Source of the DNA: Gonapodya sp. JEL0774
Lineage: Eukaryota
Assembly: GCA_027604505.1 (NCBI GenBank)
Contig: JADIIX010000182.1
Span: forward strand, 1 to 36,439
DNA: 36,439 nt
Direction of reading: 5' to 3'
The notes under the pieces are model-generated. The model ran no database searches, was not told the origin of the DNA, and worked only from the letters and a program-made list of their open reading frames with translations. The stretch's first letter is position 1, and each line of letters opens with the position of its first letter. The translations under genes were made by a program, and so were the position numbers. Positions 26,249 to 36,439 of this stretch are shown one piece after another.

Positions 26249-26708
26249 GCCAAGAGTCCAGTCTTTTATCGCGATCGCGGACAAATGACTGATAAAAACC
26301 GAACGGCACTGATCACGCTTTCTGCGGTGGTGCCGGGCGACCAAACCGGTTCAATGATGCACTTCGCAATCCATAGATTTCCAACAGTCGAGTACACACG
26401 ATGAAAATTTCAGAAGACTCACGTGTGCTTCGACGTCAGGTCTGCTTGGCGGACCGATCGTCTGGGAGGTTCCTTCATTCAAATGATTCAGAAGAAATGC
26501 AGGCCAACAAGCGGTGAGATTACGCAAGCAGGCCCAAATCACTAGTTAGCGTCGTGGGATGGGACACGACGATCGATCCGAGTAGAATCGGACGGGGTTT
26601 ATTCGAAATAGTGGAGCCTGTTTCCTGTGGTCGCGCGCTCGGGCCAAGACCCATGCATTCCAACACCAGTTCCGGTCTTAGTCGGTCTCAAGCCATCAGG
26701 ACTGTAAC

Positions 26709-29700
26709 ATGGGCGATCCCGACGCTAATCGTGTTCTCTCTGCTAAGGAGATTCTTCCGGTAGATTTCGCGGAATCGTTGAGACTTGTGAGGACTTTATT
26801 CCCCTAGACAGCGGAAGTGCTGCTCTTACAAGAGATGAACCTGTCGGGAGTTTACTTAATCGAATTCGTCCCGAAGCTTGTCGTGAAACGCCCCTCATCG
26901 TTCCTGGGAGGTATTCTCTCGTCGTCCAGCAGTCGACTATCTATTCTTCACGGCACCCTCGATGACCTCAAGACTTTAACAGCGACGCGGAAGCTACAGC
27001 TTCCATCGGCATTTATTTCTGACCTTCAATTTCCGTCGCCCGTCGTACCCATGTCAGAGTTTGGAAGGGGCATCGGCTCCGCCCTTGACCAAGAGAGTTC
27101 TTGGTTGACAGACACTTTCGCCGCATCTCTGCTCCCGCTTTCTTGTGATCTCTCGGAACTTCCAATGTTGCGATCATCTTTGGAAGAGTGCTTCCGGGCT
27201 GCTTCTCCCGAATCTTCTCTTCTTGCTGATTTTGTGGAGACTGTTCTTGACGAATTAATTGACAAAGAAATTGCAGCTGAGAATGGTCAGTTATTACCAC
27301 CCCTGACTCAAGGGAGAGGTGTTTGAGTTCCACCTCTTGACATAATAATCAGTGCCCCATTGTATCCGTCCTCACAGCGGAATCCTCTTTCTCACCAACA
27401 TTGCCCCATCGAATACTGCTTCATTTCATTTCGTGGTATTACAAAGAGATCATTTATCAAAGCAGATCATCTTCTTCTGAGTCTCCATTTGGCTCTTTAA
27501 TGAGGAAACATGCTCAAACTTCAAGAGAGAAGAAAGGAGTTGCCAACATTTTTGTATGGGTGACATCTTTACAACATCGGTGAGTAAAGATTGGACAAGC
27601 AATTGATGCTTTGGTTCTACCATCACATAGTCCACACTGAGGTGTGAGACTTGGATTGATCTTTGCTCACAAGTCACAGTGCATAAACTGACATCCCATT
27701 AATCTTGTTGTTATAAGGCAAGCTCCCTCTCAATTTTGGCACAGAAAATCAGAGGATGTACTCCCTTCATTGAGAACTATTGAAGGCAAGTGACTAATTT
27801 GTATTGAAATGAACTTTGTCTATTGTCACCAATGCTTGATTTATTCCTAGTGATATTTCATGACTTCCTTCCAAATATGTCTCTTTCAAGCTCTATGCAG
27901 TGGACAGACCCCACAGCCCCCACAGATATGCTTCAAATCTCTGTAAAGCTCTTGCATTCACTCCTGGATGGTGGGAACTTTTTGCCAAATGACTCTGCAA
28001 AAATCCACACTGCTGGTTTTGAAGAACTCTTGAGAGTAGCTTGCTTAGTTGGGGAATATAAGAAGTCTGTTGTGGTGGAAGTTTACCTGTGCATCAAGGT
28101 ATGCAAAAAAGTTCAATGTTCAATGTTGCAACTCATTTTAAATGTTAAATTGTTTCATTCCTGAAAGCACCTCTTGTTTCTGGGACACCTTAGCAGACCA
28201 CATTTATTCTTTGATGAGTTGCCAGAAAAGGTATTCCAAAAGTGGTTTACAAGTCAACACGATTTGTCAAAACTTGTTTCACAAGAGGTAAGGCCTGAGA
28301 TGTTCATGTCTGAAATGGAGTAAGCATGAAGGCAAAGAATTTCTAACAGATAGTTGGTCTCCTGTGCTTGATGCTGAAAGTTCCCTCTGTTCCAGTACAA
28401 CTTTCATCTCTTTACAATCATGAGACTGCACAACTTGTCACATTGATTTTGAGAACACTGGAATATGATGGCCCAAAGCCATTTTATCTATCATGGCTCT
28501 ATCAGAAGCGCTCTCATAAGTTTGGACTTGAAACCCAAACAAGATTGTGGTCACTTTTGGATAAGATCTCTTTCCAACTTTTATTATCAGATTTGAAGAG
28601 TAAAACTGCACTTCTGGCTGAAACTGGCAGCAATATACAGTCTTCTCATCTTTTGCAAACAAAATGTTTACTTCAGGCAAGAATGGGTTGTTGTAGTCGT
28701 GCCCAATTTTCTTGATGTCAGAAATTTTCTTTTCACTGATAGAAACTACAAAACCACTTTCCCAAAAAATCATCACTACTGACCTGGTTGATTATTTTAT
28801 TGGCCAGATTTTGTCTCCTATGTTTTTGTTTCATATTTGCACAGACATTTCTTGAAAGAATTGCTCCTGTTCCATCCTATCATCTTCAGACTGCAATTGA
28901 GTGTGCATCAAATTGTCAGGGAGAGCTTGGTTATTATTATTGCAGTTTGTGGGCAGAATCACAGGAACATGTCAGAAATTACTTTGAGGTTCCTACACTT
29001 GAGCTTATTATAGCACCTGCTCTTTCAATTGCCAACATCTCCTGGGACATAACTTATGGGGCCCTTCAGCCTCTTATTTTTGAACAAGAAGCTCAAGTTC
29101 TTAATTGGCTCTTGTGGTCTGAAAACCATCTTTACTTATTGTCAGAACACCTTGTTGGCAAATTTATGCATATCTTTTCACTTTATCTTTTTAATGGTGT
29201 TAGAGCCATGCAGGAGTTGAGAAGCAACTTGAGAGTTAAGATTGATATTGGCTATCAGCAGGCCAGATTAAAGGGATGGACTCTTATGTCAAAACGCCAT
29301 GTCTCCTTGGAGACCTTGCTTCTTTATCAGTTTGCACCCACCAAATACTACCATAGCTATGTTGAAGTGGGTGGGTCACTTAATAACTTCACTTTGCATC
29401 TTTTGAAAAATTATTGCTTTCTAGCAATCATTAATCCGAACTGAGGGGACATTAATGACTTTCTCTCTGACTATGACTAGCATGAATACCCTTCTTGCCC
29501 ATTTTATGGCAGGAAACAATCTCACTGTAATGGAAGTCACATTGCATGTTATCTCCAAGTTCCAGAAACTACTTTCAATATGGAAATTGAAGTTTACAAA
29601 TTTACAGAGGCAGTTAAATGAAGCCATGCTTCTTTCAACTTCAAATGCCATGTCAACTTTGTTTGGAGATTGCTGGAGAGAGAATAGGTTGGGTTATGTG

Positions 29701-30657
29701 GAATATCTTCCCACAAAGAAAGTTTTCTTCAGAACAGATGCAACCATATGTTCAACTTTGGATACAGATGTGTCCACATCTTCAACTTTGGATACTTCTG
29801 TTCTTGACCATCATACTGCAGGACCACTTCCAGCAGCAGCACCCATTTTGCAATCTGTTGAGTCACATGTATTATATGACATTCTGCAGCAATATGAATT
29901 GGAACTCAGTAGTGATGTCTCTGCAGATGGCTCATCACAGGTATTAATGACCAGTTACAGTGTGCTAACAGCAGAAGAAAGAGAAGTCCTTATTGAAGAC
30001 TCAGGGATTTCAAATGCGGTGGCAATGAATAGCAGCAGTCAACTGAATTGTATGGTTGGCAATGTTGGAAGCACATTGCCACCAGATAATACTTCTGAGA
30101 TGGTACACATAGTTTCTGAACTCATGCTGGCAGATTCAGGTATGTGATGGGTGACATATATTTAAGTGCACTGAGCTAATATAATCTGATTAGTCAGTGT
30201 AACTGAGAGCTTTACTCTTAGTCTCAACAGCAATCAAGTTCTTGAAGCACAAGGAATGGTTGATCACATTCTCCCATATTCATCTTCAATAACACCAGTT
30301 GGAGTCACTGCACAGATGCAATTTATTTCTTCCTTTCCCAAACAAGAATGTGCTATTAATGACCCCTTAGCACAAATGTCTGGGAGTCGTAGCAACATGC
30401 CAATGTTTATCACTCCACCAGTGCAAAGAATATGCAGTTGGTTTGAGCAGGTGCCCCTTTTTAAGTTTCCAACTTGCATCAATAACAAACATGACATTCC
30501 ACAACTGACAAAGCAAAGTGTCAAACATTCCACAAATAATGATGACAACTTGTTCACTAATTTAATGGCACATTCATCAAAGTGCAATTATATTGGCACC
30601 TTTAGGGGCTTTATGGCTTTTAAACAGTGTGGTAAGTTGCAGGTGGTTGCAATCTGA
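26709..30657 (+). pseudogene. Large intron-containing gene of unknown family, intact-looking 5' exons and a CpG-eroded, probably disrupted 3' part
   Basis: Exons 26709-26759, 26808-27318 and 27378-27579 splice in frame (MGDPDANRVLSAKEILP/TAEVLL...). Further exon-like ORFs with GT/AG flanks lie near 27.85-28.1, 28.35-28.68, 28.85-29.16, 29.5-30.14 and 30.22-30.66 kb. The simplest next exon (27631-) has an in-frame TGA at 27638-27640. Confidence 0.5.
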
Positions 30658-32346
30658 ATTAAACCTTGCTTACTTTCAACTTTTCCAGATGCTGAATCTG
30701 TAATTGATGGATTTGAAAGTTGTACCTGCCCTGCTACCCTTACTTTATAAGACAATTGGAAACTTTGATTGACCAACAATACTTCTTAACTTATATACAT
30801 ATTACAAAGCAAGGCACTTATTTACTCTGTCAAAACTGTAAGATTACATTTTGTGTGACAGGACTTATAATATTGTGGCATATGCACTGCATGTAAATTA
30901 CAGATGCAATATTTTGTAAGACCTCCTCACAAGGAGAAACTTGCCACCCTCAAATTCTCTTTTCTGCACTCCCTGTCATAAATCTCTCATAGTATGTCAC
31001 TGATTGGGCAAACAGAGGTTCCCTAGCAGCTTAGCTTGTATGATGCATACTTCCAAACTGCAGTAGAGGTTTTTTTACCCTTGTATACTAGTTCCCTGGG
31101 TCTATTTTGATATGTCCCAATGTACGTAAAGAGAAAATAAGAGAAAATACACACCAAGAACCCTTGGGGTCCAAACAATGTACCACTGTACGTGAACAAA
31201 CCATCTGAGCCCAAACACACAAAACACACAGAGATAGTCTCCCAGCTGAAATAATCTAACACTCCCCACCCCTGGGCTCCACATCAACTACAGTTTACTG
31301 TTCATTTGCTGTGGCTAGAAGGGTCAATTAGTGTCTGCCTGTGCATACCGAGAGAGGGTATATCCCCTGTGTGGAATCTTGCAAGCACAGTGCACAGGTT
31401 GGATTTTTTGGTGCAAACTGTTCTGCCAATGGCTTTGCTTGTGTTTATTAATCTTGGCTGGAGCTATGGGAGAGTGTGTCAGGAGTTCTGGGGGAAATTT
31501 GTGCTGATAATGGTCACCTTACGGATTGTGCCCACCCAACCACCCCTGAAATTTTGTTTTTGATGTGCCGGGTGTTCTGGACACCACAAATTAACATGGA
31601 CATGTGCACTGATGCCCTGCTACCATAGTCAGTGGGCCAAGTTTGTAACTATGTATTATCAGGAGGCCAGCAAATCTAGTTGAGGATTGCCCAAGAATCC
31701 TGTTCTGCACATTGGGGATAGACTGTTCTAAGAGATACATCTGTGACCTTCATCCAGTTTGACTAAAAATTGAAAGGTTACATCCTGAGAGGTATCTGTG
31801 CACCTCAAAAGTATACCTGAACACTGCTGGATACCAGAAATGCTGAAAAGCAATGCAGCACACAAAAAGAGTGTGCACAGTTGTGTCAATTTGAATTCAC
31901 ATTCAAATTGTTTCTCCTGCACACAATTGAGTGGCCTGGGGGGTCTATTTTGTGGCACAGCAGTTGCTAGCATTTTTGGCCCGTTCCTGCATAAAATACA
32001 TGGGAGTGAGTGCACTTTCTAGACTGAGAGTTTTGTTTTCACCAGTAAACATTACAAAGCTACCTGTAAAATATGCTCTGACACGCTTCCTGCCCGTTAT
32101 GGCGACAATACACTTCATGAAGGTGAATGTTGAATGTTCAGAGAGCCACTCATTTCTTGTTCCAGACATTTTTGAGGAGTATAATCTATTGCACACAATG
32201 TGAGTAAGGTTTTGGCGTCATTTTTCTGCTTCCAGAGATACTTTGTTTACGAATTTGGAGTAGACCATGGCTGATAATTTTCCCCTGGGGGGGGGGGGGG
32301 TGGAGGCAGGTTGAGCCGTGGCTAGCAGGGCTTGTTTCCACACTTC

Positions 32347-32925
32347 CTAATTGAAGGGGTGGCAGGAGCAAAGCGGTTTAGCTGTGAGGAGTGCTTGGTT
32401 TGGTAGGTGTGTAGCCTGTGGGGGTAATATGATTTCAATGGCAGTGTGGTCAGAGTGTTCCCAGTAGGGGAAGTCTCTGTAACAGTATTTAGCACCCACT
32501 GTTATGGCCATGTCATTCATAAGGACGTGGTCAATGCATGTAGCTCTGTGGGAGGTGGAGAATGTGTTGGTGGTAGCGTTGGCTCTGAATGTGTCGTGGT
32601 GCATGCTAGACACCACATTGATGCCCAGGGGATGGAGGTGTTTCACGATTGCTGTTCCAGTATTGTGCGCTCAGTTGCAGATGCATTGATTTGCCAGATG
32701 GGCAAGGAAGGAAAATTCTGTTCCATCCAGTAGGGTGAAGGGTGTTGGGGATCAGTGGTGTACTGGAAGTGTGAGTTTGTGACTTGGACCATGATGATTC
32801 CATCTGTTGGGGAGAAGGGTTCTGATGTAGTCCCACACTTCTTCTGTGGCCATTTTAGCCATGGTCAAGGTTTGAGCATAGTTTTGGGGACCATAGCAAT
32901 GAAGTAGCTGGCAATCAGCTGGAAT
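32347..32925 (-). mobile_element. Degenerate non-LTR (LINE) retrotransposon endonuclease (EEP/APE) fragment
   Basis: LHCYGP...HDTFR...NTFSTSHRATCIDHVL...EHSDHTAI matches the DxFR / TF / RIDxxL / SDH motif order of LINE APE endonucleases. Internal stops, no introns. Confidence 0.65.
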
Positions 32926-33342
32926 TTGGGGAAAGAAGAACAGCTGACTGATTCGACAACATACAATGAATTTGGCTCTCAGCATAATGCAGTGAAGGAG
33001 CTTTTATGGCTCAAAAATGTTTTTACGGAACTTGGACAGCCTTTGAAAGACAACATTGAATTGATTGGAAGAGGGAAACCTGAAGAATTCCTTAGTGACA
33101 ACAATAACACAATCTCTCTGGCACATAATCAAATCAAATGACAAAACACTTTGATATTAAATATTTCTTCATATGTGAGGAATTAAGAAGAGGACTCTTC
33201 AGTTACTATATGTTCCAACAGATTGAAATACTGCTGATCTTTTGACTAAGTCCTTGCCAAAGGAAACCTTTGAGAAGCACTTGAGCTGCTACGGGAATGA
33301 CTGATATTAGTGATGGATCATGATGTTCATGATCAGAGGGAG
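32926..33342 (+). mobile_element. Degenerate Ty1/copia pol 3' end (RNase H) with polypurine tract
   Basis: Across frameshifts: STTYNEF..AVKELLWLKNVFTELG..SDNNNTISLAHN..TKHFDIKYFFICEE..YVPTD*NTADLLTKSLPKETFEKH, typical of copia RNase H. It is followed by AGAGGGAG (PPT) at 33335-33342. Confidence 0.88.
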
Positions 33343-33483
33343 TGTTGGATATATGTGGTGTTATGTGTAGTATATATTTGTATGATAGACATCTGCGCAT
33401 AGATGAGTGCACTGCCTTGCAATATATGAAGTTGCCCACATGGGAACATACTTGTATACTGGACAGCTTAAGATATGTGAACA
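33343..33483 (+). mobile_element. Probable 3' LTR (start) of the copia remnant
   Basis: TGTTGGATAT begins immediately after the PPT. The right boundary (ATATGTGAACA at about 33483) is a guess. Confidence 0.5.
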
Positions 33484-35756
33484 GGAAGAGGGAGGCCTAT
33501 GAGGAGTCAGACTGGTGGCGTATGTCCCCGCAGTGAGCACAAAGCTAACCTGCTCAGATGCCTTTCACACCTATTCCCCCTGCTCCCTTCCAACCAGAAC
33601 TCCTCCCGCATCCACTTCACCTGGCCACCATGCTCACCCTTGCCTCAAAAGAGATGAGCGCAATGTAGAGTGCAGCATCTAGTTGACTTTGGCCATGGGG
33701 AGAATGGAAAACTGGAAGGAGGTAGAGGAGGTGGTACAGAGGGTGCTGGTGAGTTTTGTCTCTTGTATGTGTGGTCACTGTATGAGATGGATTCTAGCCC
33801 CAAAGCCAATGTTTGTGTCTTGTTTTGCTCATGCTAATATGTCCTTCAGCACCATGATCATTCCTGCAAGTGGTTTGGACATGACCACTCCCACAACCAT
33901 GGGATGATGACAGTGGGACTGGGGGCTATGAGTACTCTGCCAATGAGCCAGTCCGGGAAGAATCCCTTGCTCAGGTCTGCACTGCCACCACAAGTGGCAA
34001 CTGTGGCTCACATTCACTTTTAAACTGTGTTCATCCTTGTAATATTAAGTGGGTTGAAGTTGGGGTGCATAGGTGGTGAGTATTATGTTGTCACTTTGCT
34101 ACCAGGTGTCCCTGTGCGATATGAAGACGTGACTCCAGTACAGCTACCAAGACTGTATCAGAATCTGGGTTTGTGCTGTAACATAATAGGTTGATCATAT
34201 GATTATGATACAATATGCATAGTTAAGATAATGCACCATACATTCACTATATTAGGATTTGATGATCTACCGTATTCCTGTGCTGTCCATGCACTGAACT
34301 GAGAATCATCCTGTCTGCTGTTGCCACTGTTTGTAGTAGGGGAGCAATAGAGCCAAAAGAAAGTTCAAAGAATGCAACTGGCATTTTGTAACTCACAGTG
34401 AGACTATCAAATTATGTGCCTGCATTTCTGTCCTACATCTAAGGGTTCAGTCCAGGGCTGGACATTGCACCTTCACCTGTCAGTCTTCCCACTTTTGGAG
34501 ACAAAGATATGTTTGGGTGAGGGTGGAGTTGTCACGTTTCCATTATTGCACCTTGACACTTCATTTCCAACAACAACTTTCCCATTACTGGATTCTAATT
34601 CCTCTTGTATTTCCATAAACAATGAAAAAAAAATTCTGAGTCCCATTAATTCATTCAAATAGATGGCATTCTCTTCACTCCTGCGCACTTGAGGGCCCTT
34701 AGGTATGTCCTAAATGCCTCCAAATTGGCAATGTAATGTTCTGGACTGTCACTCCTATCCAATGCATCTGCAACCAGTGCATGTCCCTCCATGTCATCAC
34801 AATAACGTACCAGTAGAAGACTCACTTGTGGACCATAAACAAGTGGTAGTCTTGGAGATCCATTTGCAAATTATCAACAAACTTGCAGGGAGCTCGTACA
34901 AATAACAAAATAGTTGGGCAAATGGCCTCCCACTATCTGCCATATGTGGGGCTGGTGATACTTCGGGAACATCTCCATGTATTGCCATACACTAACTTTG
35001 CATCAAAACCAAATTCCAAGTTTGTAGTGGTTTTGGGAACTGTTTATGGGTCTTTCTTTTCTGAGTGCATTCAGAACACTATGAGGTCAAACATGCAAGT
35101 TATAAAGTACATGCACCCAATAAAGTGCTGTGCAACCCAAAGCTTCTCTTGGTATGATGATCTCACTTTTGAAAGAAATTTTTGGTTTTGAATAAAAATA
35201 TGGTGTCAGAAAGGTTCCCTGTGTCAGCATATGCCATACCCTGGGCTGGGGATCCTTCTGGAACATCTCCATGTACTCCTAGCCATTTCAGATTTGCCAA
35301 AGATCTCTTTCTGCATAAAAGAATGCAGTTTTTGTAGAGGAATTATCTATGAGGTTTTGGCATTGAAATCAAGCTGTGCCTTGTCATCCAAGTACTTATT
35401 ACCTGGTGTCAAGGGGAACACAAGAATGAGTGCAAAGTTGCAATGGCCAAAATGCAATCATAAACTTATGTTGTGCATGGCTGCCACCACCATGACCACA
35501 CCAGACTTGCTCTGTACAAAGAGTGTTTGTTAACATTAAATCACAAAAGATAATGAGCTGGTGGGATATCAATAAGTGAACTCAGAGCCATGGTAGAGGA
35601 GCGGTTATTGGTGCCTCTCCTGACCAAGAGTTTAGTGTGCTTGGCTGGAGGCAAATCAAATGGGCATTGTGTAGCGTCGGAAGACCTTGTCCTGGATCAA
35701 TCTAGTTGTAGGTGCTACACAATCAGAGATCAGGGATGTAATGTAAATTTTGTCAC

Positions 35757-35981
35757 TCACATCTCCAGTGTCTTCCCCCCGCTGTCCTGCAGCAAACTAT
35801 CAAAATTGAGGAAATGTCTCTTGTGGTTGGTGCAGAAGTCCATGTTGAAGACCAAAGCATTGCAAGTGCGCCCCATAATTGTGCATGCCATTGCGGCCCA
35901 TCCTGTCCCAATGCTTGGCAAGACAACTCCATCACCTGGATTACTTACTAAGTTGAGAAGCTCCATCCAAAGTGCGGATGG
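35757..35981 (-). pseudogene. Fragment resembling the SAM-binding (motif X-I) region of beta-class N6-adenine/N4-cytosine DNA methyltransferases, within a decayed spliced gene
   Basis: PSALWMELLNLVSNPGDGVVLPSIGTGWAAMACTIMGRTCNAL aligns by eye with the consensus KPxxLxxxLIxxxSNPGDxVLDPFxGSGTTxxAAxxLGRxxIG. It ends at a GTGAGT donor. The DPF core is degenerate and no DPPY/SPPY motif is seen in the window. Confidence 0.4.
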
Positions 35982-36185
35982 TACTTGTCGTGTGAAAAAC
36001 AGGAGTTTCTCCTCGCCCTGTCACAAATTTTTTTTCCACCCCCATTGTCAGACCCACCCCCCTGGGGGGTGGAAATTTCTTTTGAGGGGGTGGACAAAAT
36101 GTGTGAAACCCTAGAGGGAGGGTGGAAAATTTCAAACTACATTGTTGGAAAAACTGAGAGACATATATGAGGGGTGGGACAAGTA
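35982..36185. mobile_element. Possible ~200-bp MITE-like insertion with TA flanks
   Basis: TACTTGTC (35982-35989) and GACAAGTA (36178-36185) are inverted. The interior has repeated GGGTGG(A) motifs and a CCACCCCC/GGGGGTGG palindrome. It abuts the 5' end of the MTase-like frame. Confidence 0.4.
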
Positions 36186-36439
36186 ATCAATTTGGAACTC
36201 CTCAAGGTTAGGCATAACAGCATGGAGATTGAAATGATTCAACACTACAATGCAAGTAATACGTCATGTCTGCCTCCACCAACTCCCATGTTACGCTGGG
36301 ATTCAAATCCCAACAATGCAGAAAATGCAAACAGCTCTGCTCTATACCATAAACAATATCTCTTTAGTTCTGCAGGGTCTGGAGCAACAAATATAGCATC
36401 CCCATTTGCAAACATTTGCTCAAGACAGTCATAGTATCT

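Larger units (their letters stand above)
27600..36439. other. CpG-depleted, TpG/CpA-rich block (repeat or heterochromatin-like)
   Basis: Many consecutive 60-nt lines have no CG, versus several per line in the genes upstream; TG and CA are abundant. Confidence 0.9.

Noticed and set aside
31013..31625. hAT-like terminus CAGAGGTTCCC
   Set aside because: No matching inverted end or 8-bp target duplication was found in the window.
34690..34860. Ulp1/C48 protease-like reading RLPLVYGPQ/MHWIGVTV on the minus strand
   Set aside because: The frame has stops soon after, spacing to a candidate Cys is too short, and another frame is more open.
27600..36439. RIP, or an endogenous giant virus, as the cause of the AT shift
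   Set aside because: CpA/TpG are abundant rather than depleted, and no viral hallmark genes were recognisable; the remnants are spliced genes and retroelements.

Overview
Eukaryotic nuclear DNA with many short spliceosomal introns, most likely from a zoosporic (flagellated) early-diverging fungus; this is inferred from gene content and intron style. Positions 1-27.4 kb are GC- and CpG-rich and gene-dense. They hold an orphan ORF, a small mitochondrial-presequence gene, mitochondrial T7-like RNA polymerase (RPO41), a SPAG8/FAP143-like flagellar protein, an APE1/ExoIII-type AP endonuclease, a MARK/Par-1 kinase and an ASH1-like SET methyltransferase. From about 27.6 kb to the end CpG nearly disappears while TpG/CpA is abundant. 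That block contains an eroding intron-containing gene, LINE-endonuclease and Ty1/copia remnants, and a decayed fragment resembling an N6/N4 DNA methyltransferase, apparently interrupted by a MITE-like insert. The most unusual signal is the small minus-strand gene at 3.9-6.6 kb. One phase-1 donor after ...ALCAADD faces about seven alternative acceptors, each adding only 1-2 residues before a stop (DT*, G*, GG*, DE*, DG*, EL*, DG*). The last acceptor lies behind a ~1.65 kb stretch almost free of AG dinucleotides. All exon structures were deduced by eye and are unverified.
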